A stretch of DNA of 20,000 nucleotides from an uncultured virus (IMG/VR IMGVR_UViG_3300001346_000011). Lineage: Duplodnaviria > Heunggongvirae > Uroviricota > Caudoviricetes > Kyanoviridae. Numbering within the stretch: position 1 is the first letter of the stretch; each line of letters starts with the position of its first letter. The DNA lies in the IMG/VR virus record IMGVR_UViG_3300001346_000011, positions 51,576 through 71,575 of that record. One strand, 5' to 3'. Both the position numbers and the translations under genes were made by a program. Of the stretch, positions 8,139 through 15,861 are shown piece after piece. The notes beneath the pieces were generated by a model. That model did not search any database. It was given only the letters and a program-made list of their open reading frames with translations, and was not told the origin of the DNA.

Positions 8139-8939
8139 TTAAATTTTTCCCATTATATCTCTTGCTCCATATGTGACTAAAAATTTAGCACCTGCTTTGT
8201 GATACACTTTAGCAATTTCAATTTGATGTTCTATGGTTGGCAATCCTTTGTATTCATCAGACACTTGATACACACCAACAGGAATATATGATCCTGCATT
8301 TATCAAACCTAATTCACTCAAACTGTGTTGTGCTGGTTTAAGCAGGAGATAATCTGCCTTTTGAGTTTTAAATTTATTTGCTGTGGCAATCATTTCTGAA
8401 TCACCATTGATGGGCAATTGGTATATTCTTTCAGTGGTTGGTGTACTGTCTGCAAGATCTCTAAATGAACTGTAAAACACACTTCTATATTTCACATATG
8501 CCATCACTTCACGATTGGTTTCAGATTTTAAATTATGCACTGTGTTGTCTCCCATGTCCGATGGAGCCAATATGTCTGCACCTGCTGATTCTAATTTCTT
8601 ACCCAAATCAATCAACAATGCTTCACTGGTGTCTGGTTTATCCATTACTCTACAATGTCCATCTGGCAAAGTAGAACACAAACATACATCTACAATTAAT
8701 TGTATTTTAGGAAATTTTGTTTTTATTTGATTTACAATTCTTTGATTAAAACTCCAATCAGGAGTCCAAGTTTTATATTGTGGTGTGATAAACAACAAGA
8801 AACTGTCAACACCTTTGTCTACATCTTGTTGTATCTGATCGTTAATTAAGATTTCGGAAAAACTACTATTGTGGACGCCTAATCCAGCCGTTTCTGTTCT
8901 GCCTTTTTCGTTGACAAACAATGGCTGGATTAAGTCCAT
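8139..8939 (-). CDS. hemB: Porphobilinogen synthase (delta-aminolevulinic acid dehydratase), N-terminally reduced, 266 aa
   Basis: Ordered family motifs: DLIQPLFV, DVCLCx7C zinc site (CLCSTLPDGHC), AGADILAPSDM, KYRSVFYSSFRD (first Schiff-base Lys), RIYQL, ADYLLLKPA (second Lys), PVGVYQVSDEY, AGAKFLVTYGA. Start moved to the Met at 8939 because the longer ORF overlaps the lipoprotein gene. Confidence 0.92.
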   Translation of the reverse strand: MDLIQPLFVNEKGRTETAGLGVHNSSFSEILINDQIQQDVDKGVDSFLLFITPQYKTWTPDWSFNQRIVNQIKTKFPKIQLIVDVCLCSTLPDGHCRVMDKPDTSEALLIDLGKKLESAGADILAPSDMGDNTVHNLKSETNREVMAYVKYRSVFYSSFRDLADSTPTTERIYQLPINGDSEMIATANKFKTQKADYLLLKPAQHSLSELGLINAGSYIPVGVYQVSDEYKGLPTIEHQIEIAKVYHKAGAKFLVTYGARDIMGKI

Positions 8940-8943
8940 ATGA

Positions 8944-9147
8944 TTACTTCTCTTCTTTTTTAGGAAGTGCCGCACACTGTTCTTCGTCTGCTGGCAGACC
9001 AGTGTTTTTATCATAGATCCAAACATACGAATAAGTGATGTTGTCATCAGTCATTGAACATTTTTTTCCAAATGATACTCTTGGTTCTTTAATAGAACAA
9101 GCCGACACTGTGAAGAAAGTTAATATTAATATTGCAATACTTTTCAT
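8944..9147 (-). CDS. Small predicted lipoprotein (67 aa)
   Basis: MKSIAILILTFFTVSA-C is a signal peptide II with lipobox VSAC; SD-like AAGGA upstream; two further Cys. Confidence 0.75.
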   Translation of the reverse strand: MKSIAILILTFFTVSACSIKEPRVSFGKKCSMTDDNITYSYVWIYDKNTGLPADEEQCAALPKKEEK

Positions 9148-9175
9148 TGTAGTCCTTGTTAGTGTTTCCTCATTA

Positions 9176-9204
9176 ATTATACAACATTTTGGTATAAAAG
9201 TCAA
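9176..9204 (-). promoter_or_regulatory. Near-consensus sigma70 promoter
   Basis: TTGACT (9204-9199), 17-nt spacer, TATAAT (9181-9176), upstream of the lipoprotein-hemB-ORF90 genes. Confidence 0.85.
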
Positions 9205-9224
9205 GTCTTGAACAAAAAGTCAAT

Positions 9225-9249
9225 AAAAAAGGGGGCCGAAGCCCCCTTT
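9225..9249 (-). terminator. Rho-independent terminator of the major capsid gene
   Basis: GGGGGC-TTCG-GCCCCC-TTTTTT, with a C(UUCG)G tetraloop and U-tract. Confidence 0.92.
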
Positions 9250-9272
9250 AATGTGTAAGTTGTTACTGTTGA

Positions 9273-10445
9273 TTATGCAAACGAAATGTTTGACATAGCA
9301 ACCTCACCAACATAGTCCCCAGCATTTCCTAGTGAAGATGCTGTGTTGTTTAACTCTACATAACCATATCTAGTCATGAAAGAAACAACTGGTTCAAAAG
9401 TTGATGGGTCAAGTACAACACCGCTAGACATTAACGGAATGTATGGGCAATAGAACGCCGCCGCATCTGCTTCAGATGAGCCTTTGTATCCTACCAATAC
9501 AGCCGAATCGTCTGCCGCATATGTGTCAACATAGATTTTCATCGCACTGTTTAAAGTTCCAACCATTTTTTGGTTAGTTGGTGCTTCAAAAGAACCTTCA
9601 GTTGTTCTTGCGAACGCTGAAGTTGTTGCAGATTGAAGTACAGTTAAAGCCTGTGGTGATACCACAGCCCAGTTACCTGCACCACGTCTTGTTCTTTGTG
9701 CAATTTTATTAGCAGTTCTGTTGATTAAAACAGCCAAAGCCGCGTGTTCATCACCTACGAATGTTGCCGTACCTGATACTGCCGCTTGGTTGAATGTTTC
9801 TTCAGTTGCCGCTAAAGTTCTTAACGAGTTGATGACTTCTTGGTCGATTTCAGCAGTAATTTCTTGTGCTAATGCCGCCATGATTTCAGCCTCTACGTCA
9901 ATACCTTGTTGAGCTTGAGCGTCTTGAGCAGATTCAAATGTCCATCTTGCTTGTAACTTTCTGCTTTTTGCTTCAACAGTTTGTTTCAAGATTTGAATTG
10001 ACATTGCTTTACCACCAGTACCTTCTTTAGTGGCTGTTGCGTCTGCATTACCATCTGGATCTGCTACATCGTTACCTGAATAACCTTGTGCAATTGCAAA
10101 TGGTGATAATGCTTCAGCCCCTGCCGCTAGTCCGCCGCCTGATGTTGCCGCTTCTGCATATCTTACTCTTAGTGTGTGGATTTGTCCAACTGGGCCAGTC
10201 ATCGGTTGTACTCCAACCAATTCGTTAGCAATTACAGTAGGCATAACCCTTCTTATCACAGGTAGGATCACTCTGTTTAAAGTTGCAACGTTACCGGCAG
10301 ATGTAGCACCTGCTGTTGCTGACTCTGAAAGATACTGTTTAGTATTTTCTAAAGTAGCCGCCATAACTGCTTTTTTATTTCCAGTTAGACCTTCTAATAA
10401 CGCACTCTTTGTGTCCTGCCAGCGAGTTTCTGTTAGTTCTGACAT
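9273..10445 (-). CDS. gp23: Major capsid protein, T4 gp23 family (390 aa)
   Basis: VIRRVMPTVIANELVGVQPMTGPVGQI, VEAKSRKLQARWTFESAQD, ITAEIDQE, GYKGS...AFYCPYIPL, TRYG; start at MSELTE after SD AAGGAG. Confidence 0.96.
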   Translation of the reverse strand: MSELTETRWQDTKSALLEGLTGNKKAVMAATLENTKQYLSESATAGATSAGNVATLNRVILPVIRRVMPTVIANELVGVQPMTGPVGQIHTLRVRYAEAATSGGGLAAGAEALSPFAIAQGYSGNDVADPDGNADATATKEGTGGKAMSIQILKQTVEAKSRKLQARWTFESAQDAQAQQGIDVEAEIMAALAQEITAEIDQEVINSLRTLAATEETFNQAAVSGTATFVGDEHAALAVLINRTANKIAQRTRRGAGNWAVVSPQALTVLQSATTSAFARTTEGSFEAPTNQKMVGTLNSAMKIYVDTYAADDSAVLVGYKGSSEADAAAFYCPYIPLMSSGVVLDPSTFEPVVSFMTRYGYVELNNTASSLGNAGDYVGEVAMSNISFA

Positions 10446-10464
10446 TGTGTTTTTCTCCTTTTTT

Positions 10465-11553
10465 TTATATCCCAGCAAGTCTTCTAATATCAACGATGTT
10501 GCTATTGAATTGATTGCTGTTTACAATGTTAATTTGTTTATCGCCTGTTACTTCTGTGCCTTCATTTATAGCCTGTTTTTTCGCTGGAGTCCTACCGTTT
10601 AGAACAGATGGTATGTACTTTTCGAATTGCTTTCGTAAAGCACCCGTCTGCACACTCTCCAGTAGATTGTTCATTATTTCTTTTTGTTCTGTGTTCAATG
10701 GTTGTGTTAACTCATTGATCACTTCACTTCTCTCTGCCGCTTCTTTAATTGTAGCAATTTCTTGTTCTTTTGCTTCAATTACTTTTTGCTTCTCATTGAC
10801 AGTCTTCATCGCTTCTTCTGCCTGTAGTTTCGAAATGTCCACTACTTTTAGAAGTTTTGCTGTTTCACCTTTTTCGTTCAAGAATGATTGTGAAAATTCT
10901 TGTTGATAAGATTCGAACAGTCTGCGACCAAAGTCGTTTTTGCGAGCCGCTTCAATGTCTTCTTTTAATGAACTAATCTCTTGTTTAAGAGTTTTGCCCA
11001 CTACTTCTGACACTTTTTCAGCACCTTTTTTCACAAAGTTACTTCTAACTTTTTCAAAATGTGCTTTCGCTTCTCTGATAAGACGTACTTTTGTTTCAGC
11101 AACGTCTTGTTTGTCTTTTTGAAATTCTGAAATTTCTTTAGACAGAGCTTCTACCACGAAGTCCTCAAGTTTAACAAAATTTTCTGCCATAACTTTTTGG
11201 TCTGAGTGTAGTTCAGCAACTTCGCCTTTAAGTTGATCAAAAACAAATGCTTTTAACTTTTCAGTGTGTTCACCGATTTGAGTAGCATACTTAACTTTTT
11301 CTTCTGCAAGTTGCTTCTTGTCTTCTGCGAACTCTGCCATTTCTGCTTCGATTCTTTCAGATACCATTTTATCAACAGCCTCTGTCAAACTTGCTTTGTC
11401 GTGTTCATACTTCTCTGCAAATTCTTTACGAAGATCAGCAGTGGCAGAAAGTTTGTTTTCTTCAACCTTCTGGTTCCATGCGGATTCTATTTCTGCTCTG
11501 ATCTCTTCCGAAATTCCGTTATTTTCAAAAAGTGATTTCAGTGCTTCTAACAT
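10465..11553 (-). CDS. gp22: Prohead scaffolding/core protein (gp22-like)
   Basis: E/K-rich coiled coil between the protease and the capsid gene; ends IRRLAGI; SD AGGAG. Confidence 0.8.
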   Translation of the reverse strand: MLEALKSLFENNGISEEIRAEIESAWNQKVEENKLSATADLRKEFAEKYEHDKASLTEAVDKMVSERIEAEMAEFAEDKKQLAEEKVKYATQIGEHTEKLKAFVFDQLKGEVAELHSDQKVMAENFVKLEDFVVEALSKEISEFQKDKQDVAETKVRLIREAKAHFEKVRSNFVKKGAEKVSEVVGKTLKQEISSLKEDIEAARKNDFGRRLFESYQQEFSQSFLNEKGETAKLLKVVDISKLQAEEAMKTVNEKQKVIEAKEQEIATIKEAAERSEVINELTQPLNTEQKEIMNNLLESVQTGALRKQFEKYIPSVLNGRTPAKKQAINEGTEVTGDKQINIVNSNQFNSNIVDIRRLAGI

Positions 11554-11562
11554 TCTTTTCTC

Positions 11563-12186
11563 CTATTTAGATTGGAGTTTTCCAATTATGTTTATTAGTT
11601 GTTCTTTTAGATATTTTTGTGCCTTTGTGTCCCTTGCTGAGTTAAATGCTTTTAAACCACCTTTTGTATTCATTAGATGCTCGTATATTGGCTCAGGATA
11701 TGCTCCTGGCGCCGATGGTTGTGCAACGATATCTACTGTGATGATTTCAAAATCTGATACTTTACCGGATCCGTCTTCTTTAACATTACCAGAACCCCTG
11801 GATGAAACTCCTAATTTAACTCCGCTGTTAAGCATTGTTTCAACTAGTTGTCCCATCGGGGTTGGTAATACTTTTAATTTTCCGTATCCGTTTGGTCCGT
11901 CCATCCACATTTCATTTACCATGTGGCTGACACGGTCTAGGTTAATATTAAGTCCTTCTGGATGATCCACTTCGCCCAACACCGAGTATCCACCAGTGAT
12001 TTGATCGTTAAGTGTGCTGACAGCCCTCTGGATTTCGTTAACAGGATACACTCTCTGGTTGGCGTTTTTAACACCTCCCTGAATGCAGATTCCCTTCATG
12101 TAAAGGGATTTACCGTTGTGTTCGTCCTTAGTCTCAACGACTATTCCCGCCTGGTCAAAAGTCAGCGTCTCACGTAATGATAACAT
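11563..12186 (-). CDS. gp21: Prohead core protease (gp21-like)
   Basis: NANQRVYP, LGEVDHP, VSH, GVSSRGSG, DIVAQPSAPGAYP. Confidence 0.93.
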   Translation of the reverse strand: MLSLRETLTFDQAGIVVETKDEHNGKSLYMKGICIQGGVKNANQRVYPVNEIQRAVSTLNDQITGGYSVLGEVDHPEGLNINLDRVSHMVNEMWMDGPNGYGKLKVLPTPMGQLVETMLNSGVKLGVSSRGSGNVKEDGSGKVSDFEIITVDIVAQPSAPGAYPEPIYEHLMNTKGGLKAFNSARDTKAQKYLKEQLINIIGKLQSK

Positions 12187-12208
12187 CCGTTTTCCTTATA
12201 TTACCTTA

Positions 12209-13189
12209 TTAACTGCCAATTGTTGACTTTGCAGAAGAATCATCTTCTGTGCTAGTCTTGGCCTTTGGTGCCGCAACAGGTTTCGCTTTAGCGCCTGGTA
12301 CATTAACGTTACCTGCGTTGTCTTCTTTTGGAGCAGGTGCTTTACTACCTGTTTCCTCACCGCCTTTAGCGATGTTAGAAGCCGTTCCGCCCATATCGTT
12401 TTTGCCAGCAACTGGTGATTTAGAGTTATCTGAACCGTCTGTGTGCGTTACGCCCACTTTGTTCACATATTCTCTAATTTCTTCACTTGCTGATTTTGGC
12501 TCTGCTGTTTCTACTGCTGGTTGTTCACCAAGTTCAGGAGCAACTTCTAAAGTTTCTCCCTCTGCTGATTGATCTACAACGGCTTCGTCTTCTTTTTCTT
12601 CACCGTTATCTTCAGCGTCGTCGCCTTCTGCGTCGTCACCTTTGTCCTCATCGCCCATCATTTTTTCAAATTCGGCTTTAAGGTCATCAATAGCATCTTC
12701 TAAATCAACAACTCTGTCTTCGATTTCTTCTTCACCTTTTTCAGAGTCGTCGCCTTTATCCATATCACCTGCTGGTGCTTCGATGTCAGCAACCATATCG
12801 TCTGTTGCGTCTCCACCGTGTGCTTCTGCTGGTGCAATTTCTGTGTTTTCGATGTCTAAGATAGACTCATCTGTTGCTTCTTCATCTTTTGACTCTTCGT
12901 CTTTTGATGCTTCTTCAACTGCTTCGTCCTCTTTAGACTCTTCAGAAGTTTTTTCTTCAACTTTTTCGTCTTCTTTTGCTTCTTTAGACGCTTCTGTTGT
13001 TTCTTCTTCTTTTGAATCTTCTTTTGAAGTTTCTTCTACTTCGATATCTTTGATATCATTTTCTAAAAGACCTTCATAAATTGATCTTGATTTTTCCACA
13101 ACGATATCATGGAAAATTTCTTCTGCCGCTGTTCTATCGTCAGCGACTAGTTTTTCAAGCATTTGCTCGAATTTGCTTTTATCTGACAT
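12209..13189 (-). CDS. Highly acidic low-complexity protein, likely prohead core/internal scaffold (326 aa)
   Basis: D/E-rich with repeated E-x-S-K-(E/D) units; positioned between portal and protease like T4 core genes 67/68; SD AGGAG; TAAATA upstream. Confidence 0.65.
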   Translation of the reverse strand: MSDKSKFEQMLEKLVADDRTAAEEIFHDIVVEKSRSIYEGLLENDIKDIEVEETSKEDSKEEETTEASKEAKEDEKVEEKTSEESKEDEAVEEASKDEESKDEEATDESILDIENTEIAPAEAHGGDATDDMVADIEAPAGDMDKGDDSEKGEEEIEDRVVDLEDAIDDLKAEFEKMMGDEDKGDDAEGDDAEDNGEEKEDEAVVDQSAEGETLEVAPELGEQPAVETAEPKSASEEIREYVNKVGVTHTDGSDNSKSPVAGKNDMGGTASNIAKGGEETGSKAPAPKEDNAGNVNVPGAKAKPVAAPKAKTSTEDDSSAKSTIGS

Positions 13190-13232
13190 TGGTTTCTCCT
13201 GTTTAACTGTTTATGATAAGACTGTCATGTAT

Positions 13233-13238
13233 TATTTA
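13233..13238 (-). promoter_or_regulatory. Late promoter motif TAAATA
   Basis: gtTAAATAatac upstream of the core-protease-scaffold-capsid genes. Confidence 0.55.
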
Positions 13239-13267
13239 ACCGATAGGTAAAAAAATAGGTAGATAAT

Positions 13268-13283
13268 GGGCCGATACTGGCCC
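13268..13283 (-). terminator. Possible terminator hairpin after the 195-aa gene
   Basis: GGGCC-agtatc-GGCCC, followed some bases later by a T7 run. Confidence 0.35.
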
Positions 13284-13297
13284 GTTTGACGCAGAAT

Positions 13298-13885
13298 TTA
13301 TAAATGATAGCGTCTTTTGAACTCTTGCACTGTGATTTCACTATAATTTGTAAATTTTTTAAGGTCTTTAGCCTCAAAAACATCAGTGCCTTCTGGTACT
13401 ACTCGTATATATCTCTTTAAGGAATTTTTCTGTAGGATAATACTGGTTTGCCTGTTCCAGTTGCCATGGTATGTGGCAGTGTCTGAATTCTTTTTGTAGT
13501 TGGGTGTGTCTCCATATATGTTGTTCAACTTGCCTTCTGTGGTGCCAGTGAAGTCGAAACCCAACAAAAATATCAATTGATGCATGTGTTTGGATGCCAA
13601 CCACAGTGCTGTGGGTCCAGATGACCATCCCATGCTGGGCTCAAAGAAGTTTAACCCTTTGTACTTTTTGTATGCTCTATTTGGATTGGTCCAAACAGGC
13701 ATTTTCAACTGAGCACCTGCTGTGCAGATCTCATTGATCATCTTGGCATCAACTGCTACCAGGTAGTTGGGTGTGTAAGTTCTGTATACTGCATTGCAGG
13801 CATACACTTTGCCGAATTGTTGTAGTGGTTCTAAAGGAATTGGTTTGCGACTGAGACCATTGCCTAATACAAAAGCAATAGACAT
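13298..13885 (-). CDS. Maf/DUF115 (MptE-like) or sialyltransferase-like Rossmann-fold transferase (195 aa)
   Basis: AFVLGNGLSR, YACNAVY, LVAVD, SSGPTALWLA, IFLLGFDF, NNIY: motif order typical of DUF115/GT42/GT29-like folds. Confidence 0.6.
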   Translation of the reverse strand: MSIAFVLGNGLSRKPIPLEPLQQFGKVYACNAVYRTYTPNYLVAVDAKMINEICTAGAQLKMPVWTNPNRAYKKYKGLNFFEPSMGWSSGPTALWLASKHMHQLIFLLGFDFTGTTEGKLNNIYGDTPNYKKNSDTATYHGNWNRQTSIILQKNSLKRYIRVVPEGTDVFEAKDLKKFTNYSEITVQEFKRRYHL

Positions 13886-13888
13886 CTA

Positions 13889-14128
13889 TTACATTTCCGG
13901 TTGATTAGCGGCGCCGTACATCTGTCTCACAAATTCTAACTCTTTTTGTTGTTCATCTTTGTGGAATTCGCCGGCTTTTCTTGCTTTGTTGATCTGTTTT
14001 AATGAAAGTCTAGTTTTACGTGTGTCATCCAATGACATAATAGATTGATCATCAGCGGCGTCGTATTCTTTTCTTTCGCCTGGCTCTGTGGTAATCTGAT
14101 CGTAATAAAAAAGTTCACGCAATATCAT
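13889..14128 (-). CDS. Small head-cluster protein (79 aa)
   Basis: Directly after the portal gene; DTRKTRLSLKQINK...VRQMYG; ATAAATA 5 nt upstream (14134-14140). Confidence 0.7.
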   Translation of the reverse strand: MILRELFYYDQITTEPGERKEYDAADDQSIMSLDDTRKTRLSLKQINKARKAGEFHKDEQQKELEFVRQMYGAANQPEM

Positions 14129-14142
14129 AAAATTATTTATCG

Positions 14143-15861
14143 CTACTGGCCCGGAGTTGGAGTTCCGCCACCTGCATCTCCTGTTGGTGCTGGTGCATTG
14201 TCGTCTCCTGGAGCAGTGGGATCTTCAGTTGGTTCTGCCGCATCTAAATCTGCTTGGATGCCTGCTGTGCTGACACCTGCACTTCTCAATTCAGTTGCTG
14301 AAGTGGTTGGTTTAGATTGCATTGATTCATCATTCTCTTCTCTCCACATTCTTTCGTTCTCTGCCATCTCTTCTGGAGTCAATCCTAAGAATCTTGATAG
14401 AGCATAACGTTTGCTCACAAATGGCACAGTGGCTATTTGTGTGTATGTGGAAATTCTGTTGTTGTCTACCTCTGCTTGTCTATAAGAAGCAAAGTTCATT
14501 GGTGGTTGAAACTTGATATCAAACATCGCTGTGTCGATGTTTACACCTTTTTCTAAAAGATAACGTTTAAATTCTTGATTGAATTCATCTGATACTAGAT
14601 TTTGTAGTCTTTCACAGTATTTGTTGAATCTTAATTCTTGAATGTATGCTGTGCCCACTCTGCCATCATTGAAACTGCTTTGCGAATCATCTGCTCCTGT
14701 TGGCAAATATGAACTTGGTATTCTTAATCCCCTTAACAACTTGTTGGTGAAGTATTTCAGGTCATCAATTTCACCCAGGTTAGTACCACCCGGTAATGTT
14801 TCAACCTTAGAACCTCTGCCTTCTGCTGTTTGAGGGAAGAAATAATCTTCATTGATTGATAATGGATTGTATGCTGAGTCCACAACGTTTTGTCCACCAC
14901 CTGTTGATGAAGGAATACGTCTTTGATGTATTTCAGTTTTCACTCTTTCCACAAATTGCATTGCCAAGTGACTTGGCATGTTACCTACGTCAATATAGAA
15001 CACTCTTCTTTCAGGTGCTCTTTGTACTCTGTAGATAATGATTGCGTCTTCTAATAATTCTTTTTGTTTGTAAACTTTAAAAATACTTTCCAATAGTGAA
15101 TTACCAAACGGAAAGTTGTTGTCCAGTCCTTCTGATAAACTTAGGTGTACAATGTGTTCGGCATCAACAGCAATTTCTCTTTGTCCTGTGCCAAATCTTG
15201 TTCCTGGTGCTGATGTGTTGTCAACTCCAGTCATTCCTCTCACACCACCAGTCAAATATCCTGATCCTCCGCCAGTCACATTGCCTGTTGTTTGATGAGG
15301 TGTGGTTGCAACAAGATTTTTAAAATTAAAATTAATGTCTTTGACCACATATTGCTCAGGTGTCTTGCCTGTGCTTTCATTTACTATTATTTTAGAAACT
15401 TTTGCTGGATCAACGTGAAACATTTTCTTTGTTTCCGGATCTCTAATGAAAAATGCATCACCATACTTGAACACATTACGCATAATCTTAAACACACGTT
15501 TTGTGAAATCATTCATTTTGCACCATTGATGCAGATACTGTTCTATGATTTGTATTTCTGTGTTGGTTGCTTTTTGATTGTATTCAAATTTGAAAGGTGT
15601 ATTGTTTTGTGTGTTGTTCTGTGTGCAAAATTCTGCTAGAATATCCAATGCGGCATTCACTTCAGAATCTAAATCCATCACATTGTATTGTCCGTATCTT
15701 TCAATTCTGTTTGGTGCACCACTGTACACATCTGGAAGATAAGATGAATAGTTTGTTTTGGCAGGTCCGGCTTTGCCACCTGCTCCACCGCCTAATGGTG
15801 AATTCATTCCGCTTGTACCATCTGCTAGTGGCACTTCTGTAAAATATTTTTTCCAACTCAT
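14143..15861 (-). CDS. gp20: Portal vertex protein (T4 gp20 family)
   Basis: LLEDAIIIYRVQRAPERRVFYIDVGNMP, EDYFFP, GRGSKVETLPGG.NLGEIDDLKYF, LRIPSSYL, ELRFNKY. Confidence 0.96.
   Translation of the reverse strand: MSWKKYFTEVPLADGTSGMNSPLGGGAGGKAGPAKTNYSSYLPDVYSGAPNRIERYGQYNVMDLDSEVNAALDILAEFCTQNNTQNNTPFKFEYNQKATNTEIQIIEQYLHQWCKMNDFTKRVFKIMRNVFKYGDAFFIRDPETKKMFHVDPAKVSKIIVNESTGKTPEQYVVKDINFNFKNLVATTPHQTTGNVTGGGSGYLTGGVRGMTGVDNTSAPGTRFGTGQREIAVDAEHIVHLSLSEGLDNNFPFGNSLLESIFKVYKQKELLEDAIIIYRVQRAPERRVFYIDVGNMPSHLAMQFVERVKTEIHQRRIPSSTGGGQNVVDSAYNPLSINEDYFFPQTAEGRGSKVETLPGGTNLGEIDDLKYFTNKLLRGLRIPSSYLPTGADDSQSSFNDGRVGTAYIQELRFNKYCERLQNLVSDEFNQEFKRYLLEKGVNIDTAMFDIKFQPPMNFASYRQAEVDNNRISTYTQIATVPFVSKRYALSRFLGLTPEEMAENERMWREENDESMQSKPTTSATELRSAGVSTAGIQADLDAAEPTEDPTAPGDDNAPAPTGDAGGGTPTPGQ

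Noticed and set aside
8940..9047. 36-aa N-terminal extension of HemB in the ORF track
   Set aside because: Overlaps the lipoprotein gene in another frame and does not resemble the HemB arm; the Met at 8939 follows the lipoprotein stop by 4 nt.
9148..9204. Longer start for the lipoprotein ORF
   Set aside because: The TTG is the -35 box of the promoter; the signal peptide begins at 9147.
10446..10493. Longer start for the capsid ORF
   Set aside because: Overlaps the scaffold gene end; the strong SD sits before the ATG at 10445.
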